Shown piece after piece: positions 1-10,343 of a DNA stretch of 64,000 nucleotides. The position numbers and the translations under genes were made by a program. The notes under the pieces are model-generated. The model was not told where the DNA came from. It worked only from the letters and a program-made list of their open reading frames with translations, and searched no databases. The DNA lies in contig OZ234493.1 in assembly GCA_965153455.1 (NCBI GenBank), forward strand, positions 20,760,213 through 20,824,212, in the 5' to 3' direction. The stretch comes from Sphagnum compactum. Its lineage: Eukaryota. Numbering within the stretch: position 1 is the stretch's first letter; each line of letters starts with the position of its first letter.

Positions 1-195
1 GGTGGGATTATTGCCTTTTCTTCATTGACTCAATATCAGTCGAGCCATAACTCTTCTCTGTTTGACATTTAGCAGCTTCTCTGCTTGACATTTGGTTGCT
101 TAGGGTAATCTTTTCATACTCGATTATATTGATGAAAAGAAACATTCAGTCATCTTGGAGCTTCTGGTATCTCTATACTTGTATTTTATGATTGT

Positions 196-271
196 AGACC
201 TGGGATGAAGATTGCTCTGGTGACCTACAGGGGTTTTTAAAGTCTGATGATGACATTCAGAAGCTGAGTCT
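196..271 (+). ncRNA. Candidate box C/D snoRNA
   Basis: Terminal stem AGAC/GTCT; box C-like GGATGA (203-208); CTGA/TGATGA at 244-250; TGACATTCAGA (251-261), complementary to the conserved LSU rRNA segment UCUGAAUGUCA, just before box D CTGA (264-267). Confidence 0.45.
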
Positions 272-408
272 AATAGCTGTGTTGGTACCTTGGCAAATCT
301 TCTAGAACTGGACTGAACCAAGAGTTGTGGATTTTAGCCTAGATTTTTCCGTTCTTTTACCATGAAGTTTCTGAATCTGTAACATAACTTGTTCAACAAA
401 AGTGGTAT

Positions 409-476
409 TGGCTATGATGACCTACATTTATTTTCACAGTTTGTCTGATAATGATGAACTTGCAATGTCTGAGCCA
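409..476 (+). ncRNA. Candidate box C/D snoRNA, copy 1
   Basis: TGGC/GCCA terminal stem, box C ATGATGA 414-420, D' CTGA 445-448, C' ATGATGA 451-457, D CTGA 469-472. Confidence 0.6.
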
Positions 477-572
477 TGTATTGTGGTCCTAAAGTCCAGA
501 ACCCCAACTGTACATTGAGTGCACAAGTGGTGCTTGAATCTGTAGCATGAACTTGTTCATCAAAAGTGCTAT

Positions 573-639
573 TGGCTATGATGACCTATATGTATTTCAC
601 AGTTTGTCTGATAATGATGAACTTGCAATGTCTGAGCCA
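573..639 (+). ncRNA. Candidate box C/D snoRNA, copy 2 (within a ~164-bp tandem duplication, ~375-700)
   Basis: Same architecture: C 578-584, D' 608-611, C' 614-620, D 632-635, TGGC/GCCA stem; boxes and pre-D/D' segments identical to copy 1. Confidence 0.6.
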
Positions 640-955
640 TGCATTGTGGTCCTGAAGTCCAGAATCCCAACTGTACGTTGATTGCACAAGCGGAGCTTGA
701 AGATTTTTCATTGACATGATTGTGTCTTAAGGTGTTTATAGTTAGTTTCACAAGGATAGGAGCTTTGTTTTCCATGTGGAATTGTCAAGGATTCCAGCAT
801 ACCAGAGCCATTACATCTAAAAGGAAGATCCCACCATACCACCCAGAGATTTACTGTGTTACATTCAACATGATGACTGCAATACATCTGAGCTGCCATA
901 TTGATGGAAAACACCTGTTTCTAATGTAACTCTTTGGTTGCTGTGGTGTGCACAG

Positions 956-1499
956 ATATTCAGGTGCCACAGTGCATTTTGTGGATGAGGAATATGACAG
1001 TGGTCCTATCTTGGCACAGAGGGTAGTGCCAGTACTAGCTTATGATAGCCCCTCGGACTTGGCTGCAAGAGTCCTGAAGCAGGTTTGTTTTCTTCCAAAC
1101 ACCTATCATTGAATCCACATTGCTGATGTTGTAGGTGCAGTTTGACTGCAGTATGCTAACAGAAAGCTGTGAGAGAACAGCATTTGCATGTCTGTATTTG
1201 GGCTTGGACGAAAAACGTGGTGAAGTTGAAGGAAAACTGTAACCAATATTGGGGCTTAGATGTCCAATATCAACTTCCAGTAGGGTGGGCTCCTGGTTAG
1301 TAGAGTTTTTAAGTGTTGTTCAGTATATGTTTCAGTTGTGCAAACACAAACCTCTTGTGGTTGGGGGGTCTGTTTGGCTTTGCAGGAGCATATGTTATAC
1401 ACTGAAGCAGTGGCAGCACTTTGTGAGGATCGTATATTCTGGCGAGAAGATGGTGTCCCTTTAATTCGCAAGTCATGGGATGAGGCAGAATACTTGTAA
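956..1499 (+). CDS. PUR3: Phosphoribosylglycinamide formyltransferase (GAR transformylase), last two exons (956-1082, 1386-1499); 5' part not identified, probably upstream of window
   Basis: Spliced translation YSGATVHFVDEEYDSGPILAQRVVPV...LAARVLKQ|EHMLYTEAVAALCEDRIFWREDGVPLIRKSWDEAEYL* has the PurN G-x-T-V-H-F-V-D-E-x-x-D-x-G motif and a plant-type C-terminus; AG/GT boundaries are canonical. Confidence 0.93.
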
Positions 1500-2627
1500 C
1501 AGTAAGTAGTCAAGAGAATACTTGAAACGCCTCTCCAATTGTAGATCAATTGAACAGTTTTGATACCTTCCCTGCAAATTTTGCTGAGAATATGCACTCT
1601 TGCCAGTCTTTGTGCTTGCCATTTGCGTTCTGGGGAAGACTTTAGTTTTGCTTCCTTTTTAGAGTGTTCATGGAGCTGCATTTTGCTTTTCCCCGTATTG
1701 GCTTGCACCCAGGAGTAGTTCTGAAGGCAATGTGATCCAGAAAAAAAATGCTGGTTCATGAGAAGACAGTTTGCCATCTTCCACTATGCTTATTCAAACA
1801 ATTGAGTTATTCCATAGCTCTGTTTTTTCCCCCTCTCCTTCTAAGTGAGGAGGCTTTGAAGGTGTGTCTGTAAGCTTTGCAGACCCTGCTTGACAGGTAA
1901 GGCATGACCTATATTGTGTGCTAGTTCAAAGAGATAAAAACTTGACAGCAAAAGGTGTTATCAATATTAGCTTCAACCGAACTGTAGGGATTGCAACTGG
2001 GATGAACTTGTCATCATGGTGTATGGAAGATTTGGGATTTTAGTCCTTTGGGCAAGCTTGTCATCTACAAGAATGGAACATACAAGTATGGAACAATGTT
2101 TGGGTTTTGATCCTGATGGAATCTAGTGAGGGAAGAACTAGTTATTTTGGTTCAGTGATTTTCTTTGTCTATGTGTGTGAGAACAATGATTTGGGGGGGG
2201 CACAAGTCATTACCCCATTCAGGGTGTTGTTGCCTCCAGACAAATAAACCCTAAAACCCACAAGCCTCAAGTACACATGTTAACTATAACACCAAACCTT
2301 GGTGCTCTCCAATTCTTCTGCACACACAAATGTTGTGATTGCCTCATAATCTTGTACCTAGGTGTGAAGAAACAAAATTTGGCCAGCAATATTGTTCAAC
2401 TGGGTGTTGAATTGATTTTGTAGAAAGAACTGTGCCAATTCATAACATTTGTGCAGAAGTGGAACTAGCTGCACAAACAAATCTCAGTTTCATTGGATAA
2501 TTGTGGAACTTCCAGACTGCCCACTGAAATAATGGAAGACATGGACCACAGTTTTCAGTGCAAAAAAGATGAGTGCACAGAAAATGGGTATGGAGATATT
2601 TGTGGAAAGCATGATACATCAGTGGGT

Positions 2628-4594
2628 TTATGGGTGAGGCGATTCCTCAAGAAGAGAGTATAGCTGTTCACTTATGCCAAAGCCAAGTATCCGCATCATA
2701 TCATTAATTCTAACTGCTGGTTTTGGGACCTTGCGTGCATTTAGCCATGTATGTAACAGAAACAATTTGTTCATAGCAAACAACTCGAGTGCCTCTGGAT
2801 TGAATACAAGGCCCAATCGCCTGCTCATCTGCCATACAAGAACCATCCAAAAAGTAAGAACTGCAATTTGGCCAAGATGATTGGCATGGATGTGACTACA
2901 GGAGTAAGCCTGAGATCTGTGGCTTGCCAAATCCATATTCTAGTTGACTAGATAGTGAGTGTTATGTGCTATAATGCAAGAGTTGTTAAAGTAAAGCCAG
3001 ACCAACCTGATGAGGAACAAGCATTGCAACATATCGGGAAAGCTCACCAGCCCGCCAGTCAAGAACAATGGGCAACCATGGATAGGCTGCATCCAAGCGC
3101 ACAAACCATAGTCTGATATCAGGGTACTCTGAAAGCTCTCGAGGGTCCAACGGATCATCTCTTTCATAGTCTAGCACAAAGCCCACAGTCCGCTTAAAAA
3201 GTTCTTGAGGGTCATCTGGTGGCTCACTAGTGTTGTCACCTGCAAAGTTAAAATGTCACCTGCAATGAGAGATCCATGCCAATTTCCACTTAGATTTTTC
3301 CAAGGTTTGAACCCATGCCCATGAACCTTGAAAATGGACACATTCATCAAATGGGCTATGATGATTATAGGTTTTCAATACCTATTTGATAGACATATTT
3401 TCGAAAAACTTCATGAGCTGGGGTTAAATCAAGCCGAGTGATGACATCTTTGGTCACCAAGATGTCAATGCGTCCTGGTGTGGGAGGTGGTGCTGCAGTC
3501 ACATCTGGGCCAACTGCATCATTCCGAAGCATGGAAAAATATTTTAAAAATGAGAACACATGAGCTAAATTTGATCAGAAGAGTTCACACAAATCAGGAC
3601 TGACATGAGACAACCCCAACATAGTGAAAATACAAATTGTCATCAACCCCAATGCAAGGCAGTCATATGATGTAAGTTTCCCACATATGAAACCAAAGGC
3701 TACTTGTTAGCAGCCATCATGACCAACATTTCTAGTGGTTGTGGGTTCAAATCCCACTAGGGAACTATAAGCACAAGAGGCCATTAGGTCACATAGTTTT
3801 ACAAGGTAGCAGAACCTAGGAGATTTCATCAGAAGTGATGGAGCAAGATTTAAATCAATGGTATAACTATTGACCCTTGGCTCATGGACTTGCCATGATT
3901 GGCATGGAGAAGCCAGAACCCTGTTTAAGAAAAAAAAGTTGCACCTTATCAATGGACTGCTGCCTTATTCTTCTTTTTTCAAGTTCCCTAGGAAGCATGT
4001 GATCGTTTCTGAACTTTTGTTTATTCTGGTGACCATAGATCATTTCCAGGCACATCCCTCTTCTACCACAGTTTCTGTGCCACCACTATCCTAACCGAGC
4101 TCTAACACTAATCCAGCATACACAAATGTAACCCTTTCAGGATAAAGTGTATTATCTCAAACATGCACCCTTCCTCATCAACAGCTCTGCCACATAAAGA
4201 TTTTGATACCTTTCAAAATTTGCACACCCATTGAGCTTCATGTAGCAAGGCCTTGCAAAATCCATTTCAAGGTGACAAATCAAAGGAAAAAAAATTACAA
4301 ATAAAGACTTGTACCTTCTTCCTCCTCCATGGAGAAATCCATGGCACCCTGTGGATTCAATGACGAGCTGATTCTTGCTACTCTTTGTCTGCCTTGACAT
4401 TTGTTAATGTTGAACACAAGATACAATCGCAGAGGATTGCAAAGCTGGAGCTGACATTGGGTGGGAGTGTATAGGCATGATACTGAAGCTGCCAAAGCTG
4501 TGGGTGGATTTTTCCGTATTTTCACATGTTTTTTCAATGTAAGCTTGAGGCTTGGGGCCCAAGCGTGACCGCAGCAGCAAGACAGGGATGTCAT
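2628..4594 (-). CDS. CRR6: CHLORORESPIRATORY REDUCTION 6 (NDH subcomplex A assembly factor); exons 4594-4315, 3513-3382, 3239-3007, 2828-2628; start codon tentative
   Basis: Spliced product contains DPRELSEYPDIRLWFVRLDAAYPWLPIVLDWRAGELSRYVAMLVPHQ|MSRRLGLVFNPEALELFAMNKLF, typical of CRR6; transit-peptide-like N-terminus; exon phases are consistent. Confidence 0.9.
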
Positions 4595-5501
4595 CGCCAC
4601 CGTTGCACTAACCAAAGATGTTGTGCTGCAGAGAACAACAGTGTCAGGATATTAGGTACATATTGAAAATGATAATCAATTGACTCACATAAGCTTTAAC
4701 AGATTTGTTGTTGGGAATTATTTCATTGGTTTTTGCTCCGAACTTTCAAAAGAGAATTGGCACCACTCTGTCTGCATAATTTGCCAGCCACATTAGACCT
4801 ATAATCTATGAAAATACCCACTGCTTATGCTTGTAATTGAGAAGAACAGGAAGTTTGGATTCATCTGTGGAAAAAACATATATGTGGAGTTTCTTTAAGA
4901 CTCAGGAAGGGGTGGTGGGGTTTCCATACTTCCAAAGACAGGCCAAATCCAGAATTTGACACGACAGCAAGCAAGCAAGCAAGAGCAACACAATTCCTGT
5001 CATGAAATGCACCTCCTGTTGTTCCACACAAACTGCTGCTTTCACACAAATGACGGTTTGAAGTATAATTGATGATTAACAATGTACCCAGACGAAGCAG
5101 CAACAGGAGGGGGGAGCTAGCCGTGTGTACCTTGACAATGTCTGCGGCACAAGTGTAGCAGTAAGCCGCCTCTTCTTCTTTCTATTACCCTCCTGGCAAC
5201 AGCCAAAGAATCTTCGGGTGGGACACGCTCCTCTGGTTCCGACAGCCCAGATTTGCATTCAAAATACAAAGCTTATTCCCTCTGGCTGCTACACCCTCTT
5301 TATGTTAGAAGGAGAGTTAAAACTCCTCCTGTCCTTACCCACATTTCGCATGAGCTAACTATATACGGTTGCTGCTGTTCTTGGCAAGGTTCAAAGGGGG
5401 GCTCAGAGACGAGCTTCAGAGATAGGCAAAGACGACCAAACAGACAACACTGACATGCTTCAAAGATGGAGCGCTAGCCAAGACACATGGAAAACAGGAG
5501 T

Positions 5502-5539
5502 TAGGGTTTGACGCTAGGGTTTGAAGAACGCTAGGGTTT
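5502..5539. promoter_or_regulatory. Three telo-boxes (TAGGGTTT) in the short divergent region between CRR6 and SF3B5
   Basis: TAGGGTTT at 5502-5509, 5515-5522 and 5532-5539; telo-boxes are common in plant housekeeping/RNA-processing promoters. Confidence 0.6.
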
Positions 5540-5684
5540 GCTTGTTGCTTTGAGTTTTGCCCTCGCTCTTTTTGTCTTTCCTTCGCGTTGAGGTTGTTGT
5601 TATTGTTGTTGTTGTTGCGGCTCGTCGATTTCCCTGCTACACCACACCAGCAGTGCTTGTTAGGCTTCGCGTAGTCTCGCCACC

Positions 5685-6949
5685 ATGCAGGTACTCACAT
5701 CTTCTCTCTCTTTCTTGTTGTTGTTGTTGTTGTTGTTGTTTTCTTACTCTCCGAGAAACCCCGGAAACAGTAGGTACAGGTTTCCAGGCTTCTTTGAGGT
5801 CCAAGTGATTAGGGTTTTCTTGTTGAAGCTGTAGGATCATGTGAAAAATGTTATGTATGCGGACGAGGATGTTGACAAGGTTACCCTTCACTGCATGTCC
5901 AAGTTTTGGCTGGTGTTTTCATACTAATATGGGATTGTTTGTTCCGGTGCTGCTTTCAGGCCAGCGATAGATTCAACATAAATAGTCAGCTCGAGCATTT
6001 ACAGGCCAAATATGTGGGCACTGGTCATGCAGATGTCAATCGCTTGTAAGTCTAACTTCCTACCCTGATCTCTCTCTATCTGTGATCATATGACTCCAAA
6101 GTTTTGGAACCATCAAGCAGTTTCTTTCTTTCCAGTAACAATGACCAGTAGTTTGAAGTCTAGAGGTTCAAATTGGTTCTTTTTTTTCTGTGGCATGCCA
6201 TGCCATGCAAGGGTTTGGTCTTGGCGAATTGAAGATTTCCAGAAATGTATGGTAATATGGTTTAACACTGCCTCTGAGAGCTGAAAAGATTGAAGCTTGT
6301 TCAGTGAGACAGGTCTCATTTTTTAGGTCAGAATTTGCAGTGACCAACTGTGGAATATGTGGGACAGGTTCAATTACTGGATGCTTTCCAAGTGCTAATG
6401 TGTCTCTGGATCATGTGAGGGTCACAGTGAATGGGCAGTGAATATCCAAAGAGACAGCTATGCATCCTATGTCGGGCATTACCCCATCCTCGCCTATTTT
6501 GCAATTGCAGAAAATGAGTCAATTGGCCGGGAGCGCTACAACTTCATGCAGGTGAGTTGAATTTCCTGTGTATGTTGTATAAATAATAACATGTGACCTT
6601 ATTCTGAGGTTTTGTAAGGTATTCATCTGCAGTGAGGGCACCCCAAGGAACAGGAGTGTACTGAGAGACAGTGGGAGCAGTTAAGTCACATGCCCAGAAT
6701 GAAATTGGCATGGGTTCATGGATTTGATCACAATGATGCAGTGTTCATGGATTTGATCTATTGTTTTACATTCTCACATTGTGAGTGGCTGTGTCCCTCC
6801 ATGATGAGAAGCTTGTAGAGCAGGTGGTTCATCTTAATTTGAAGAGGCTCCTTGTCCAGAAATATTAACTCTAGGGATACCTTGTATGGTTGATGCAGAA
6901 AATGCTTTTGCCATGTGGAAAACCTCCAGATAGGGACCAGGAGGATTGA
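5685..6949 (+). CDS. SF3B5: Splicing factor 3B subunit 5 (SF3b10); exons 5685-5690, 5960-6045, 6428-6551, 6899-6949
   Basis: Spliced MQASDRFNINSQLEHLQAKYVGTGHADVNRFEWAVNIQRDSYASYVGHYPILAYFAIAENESIGRERYNFMQKMLLPCGKPPDRDQED*; not visible in the ORF track because the exons are short. Confidence 0.96.
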
Positions 6950-8134
6950 GTGAACTCCACCTTAGTTCAGCTGAGTTTTCAGTGGACCAGTTGGCATCGT
7001 AGTAAAGAATTGCTCAAACTTAACTACTGAGTGTAATACCTTTGTTCAGATGTTTCAAACTTTCTATATATAGTGCTCCATCAGTGTTTCAACAATCAGA
7101 CATCTTGTTGCAGCAAAATCCTTTGTTCCTGGCAAAATGTAAGCTTCTAGAGACCTTTTTGTATCATGTCTTCTTTTTGAGCATGGGGACCTCTGATGAA
7201 TGTCTCATGGATACACTGTAAGGTTGTTACACTCTACATTCGTAAATCCAAAATTCACTTCTTTGAGATTGTTCAGCTACTCTTGTGTGGCTGTATTTCT
7301 CTTTCAACTCTGAGGTACCGTGCAAATCAGGACAGGTTCAATGAGAAGAATTCTTGATGCTGATTTTTATGCAGACCCTAAAGAACTAGTGTAGGGGAGT
7401 AACTAAGACTCAACTGTGTAGCCAAAATCACTGCAATTATGCACAAAATCTGTTTGCTAACCTAGTACCACAGTTCCTGGTTTGAAGAAGAATTTAGAAT
7501 GGGACATGCAGGGTTTGATAGGGCATCTAATTCTAGTATCTTGGTGGTTCCTGCATTGTACTTGTCTGCTTCATAATCCAGCAGGCAAAAGTTATGATGA
7601 AACTAAACATTTGGACATCAGGAGGCATATTTTGGAGGGGCGCAAAGGGGGGGGGGGGTGTTAACAAGAGACTCTGCTGTGTACTGAGTAGCAAATGTGA
7701 CCTTATCTCCTTCCCATTGCATTTGACAATAAAATGTGGGCTTCCATGGAAGTTCAACTATACAAAATCATTAAGGCTCAAGTCAAAATTGCTGACAATC
7801 TGCAGTACTGAAGAATTTCTTTACAAGTAGCAATAATAATTAGACATAATTGAGAGATCAATGAACCTCAGACTTGACAGTCAACCATGCTGCTAGGCTA
7901 TGAACTCTTGAAATTGAAGCAAAACCAAACTCTTCTCTTTGACAAGAAGCAAACCCCACCATCCTCAGTTGTGCAATTCTATCTTCCATGCCTCAATTTA
8001 CCCAATTCCAAACTTCCAAGATCATCCCTTGAAAACAACAAAGTTGTTCGTACCCAGTGATGGAAAAAAGGTGGTCATGATTCCCCACTGTCTGGGATAC
8101 TTGCAGATGAGGAAACACACCACAATTTTCAAGC

Positions 8135-9637
8135 TTAGATTGGTGAGCTTAAACTCAGCGCTGAGGAGAAACCATAAGAGAAATCTGGGCAAGAAAGTGT
8201 CCACATCCACCTCTTCTTCCTCAAGCTGTAAGTAAGCATCCCTGGTTTCCTGTTCCTCTTAATAATGACAAGATCATTGTGACCAATGACACACCAGTAA
8301 TGGAACCTCTCATGTTCATCCAACTGCCTGCAAGTCTCATCAAACTCTTGTGAACTGGAAGAGGTGGAACTTGATGCTGGAAAAGAATCTGAGGGTTGTG
8401 TGTCAGTAGATGTGAACCCAGGAGGTGAAAAACCAGGTATGCTTTGTGGTACAGAGGATGTGAAACCTTGGTAAGCTGACATTGGCTCAGATACTGCAAC
8501 CTCTGTGCACTCCTTGGTCCAGGGATTCACCTCCCAGATGCAGAAGACAGTGGATGCATGTGGAAACAAATGGGCCATCATGTCATCTTTGCTGCTTTTC
8601 CAAGATACTGGAACAACAGCAGTGTCGTCTTCAGAAGCGGGATGAGAGTCCAAGTCAGCTGTAGAAACCATCAACAGATGATCGCAGCACTGGATCAAAT
8701 GCACATCAGAGCTTTGCCTTGGTGAAGACTTCAAGAAATCAACACCGGTCCAGCGATCTCGGTCCACATCATATGCAAAGTCACAGCAATACTCAGTGCT
8801 CCACAGGTCTATGAAGAACCAGATTCCTTTGAAAAGAATGGAATGCACATTGTAGCCGACACCATCATCTGGGACATCATGAAGCCTCTTCCAGGAATCT
8901 GCAATGGAATCATAGACTTCCAATTTCGATAGTGCTCTGTCGCCATTTCTGTCTTCAGAAACCACAAAGAGCTTGAAGGCAAAGCTTTGCTTATCTACTA
9001 CCAAGGCCACGCGGCCATGTGGCGGATCTGTATACAGAGGCGGCGGTGGAAGTATTCTCACACTTCTGGTTGCAGGATTGCAAACACTCACCTCGTCATG
9101 CGAACTCCAGCGGCAGAAGAAGCTTCCATCCGCAGCTACTATGTCCTGAGTGTACAATGCGGCCTCGCGTTTGCTCAATGGCCAGCAAGAAGAGGATTTG
9201 AGTTGAGGGAGGAAGAAACTAGGGTTCAGGCTGTACCACACACCGGAGGAGGAATCAAGTGCAGAGGGATTGGAGTTGCTGGACCACGCCACTTCCTTGA
9301 ACACAAAGAGGTAAGTATACGCGTGGTTGGCAACTTGTGCACAGAGTCTCCGAAACCGTGGAGAAGATGGCAGCGATGCCCATGCCTTGCACACAGTGCG
9401 AAACTCCAAGAGAGTCAGCAATGGCAGAGATGCCAAGACACGTTCAAGAAGATCGACGGGAAGGTTCTTCCAGACCTCCGCTTCAAGGCACCGTGCGTCC
9501 GTTTCAGATCCATTTGAGTCGCCGTCTTTTTTGCTTATGCAAATCACATCCTCCTCCTCCTCCTCATCCTTCTCCTCTGCTGCAACAACATCATATCCGC
9601 TTGTGGTTTGCAACGTCCTTGCACTCATGATTGTCAA
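8135..9637 (-). CDS. Intronless F-box protein with beta-propeller-like (kelch/FBA-type) C-terminal region
   Basis: 500-aa ORF with F-box VWKNLPVDLLERVLASLP...FRTVCKAW, then VCNPATR...LPP, EVYDSIADSW and AYDVDRDRW repeats. Confidence 0.88.
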   Translation of the reverse strand: MTIMSARTLQTTSGYDVVAAEEKDEEEEEDVICISKKDGDSNGSETDARCLEAEVWKNLPVDLLERVLASLPLLTLLEFRTVCKAWASLPSSPRFRRLCAQVANHAYTYLFVFKEVAWSSNSNPSALDSSSGVWYSLNPSFFLPQLKSSSCWPLSKREAALYTQDIVAADGSFFCRWSSHDEVSVCNPATRSVRILPPPPLYTDPPHGRVALVVDKQSFAFKLFVVSEDRNGDRALSKLEVYDSIADSWKRLHDVPDDGVGYNVHSILFKGIWFFIDLWSTEYCCDFAYDVDRDRWTGVDFLKSSPRQSSDVHLIQCCDHLLMVSTADLDSHPASEDDTAVVPVSWKSSKDDMMAHLFPHASTVFCIWEVNPWTKECTEVAVSEPMSAYQGFTSSVPQSIPGFSPPGFTSTDTQPSDSFPASSSTSSSSQEFDETCRQLDEHERFHYWCVIGHNDLVIIKRNRKPGMLTYSLRKKRWMWTLSCPDFSYGFSSALSLSSPI

Positions 9638-10343
9638 TTCCAGAAGAAAAAAAATAGCAGGAAGAAGAACAGTTGCGGAGACTCTTCTTCTTCCTTAGTT
9701 CATGACCGATCCCAGTGCTGCTTAAGTTGCAAAACAGAAATGTGCAACAGATAAGCGCCTGCTTCTCGGTTGCAAAAAACACAAGCAAACGATCCAGAAA
9801 CACTGTCCAAAGGCTTGAAACTTCCAAAAACAAAACGCTACGTTACCAATGCATGAAACAAAAAATTGTCTGCAAAGCAGTAATTGGTGGAGCAAGCAAT
9901 CTTCAAATCAATAATGCTAGAAGCAGAATGCATGAAATCGATTATGAGGGGAAAAAAAAAAAAGAAGTGCCCGAGTAGAGAGAGACAGAGAGAGAAAAAG
10001 ATGCATGAACACAACAAACAAAAAAAGAGTGTGTAGAGAGTTAAAAGAGGTGCATAGAAAGAAACTTGTGAAGAAGGAGATGGAAACCCTAAACCTAGAA
10101 ACCACACACTACTAGTGACGATCAATTATTGATGAAAAAAAATGGATTGATTTTGTGAAAATTAATTGTCATTTGAATGATGAAAATATTAGATGACATT
10201 GCATGTAACTTGAATTGGATTTGAATTGAATTGAAATTTTATTTAAATATAATATAATATAATATATTGAATTTAAATTCAATCAATTCAATTCAACATT
10301 TGAATTAAGATTCAATTGAAAAAAAAAAGGGATGCAATTGATT

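Noticed and set aside
3725-3765. tRNA gene (GGTTCAAATCC T-arm)
   Set aside because: Only a B-box/T-arm hairpin; no cloverleaf could be built. At most a SINE relic in a CRR6 intron.
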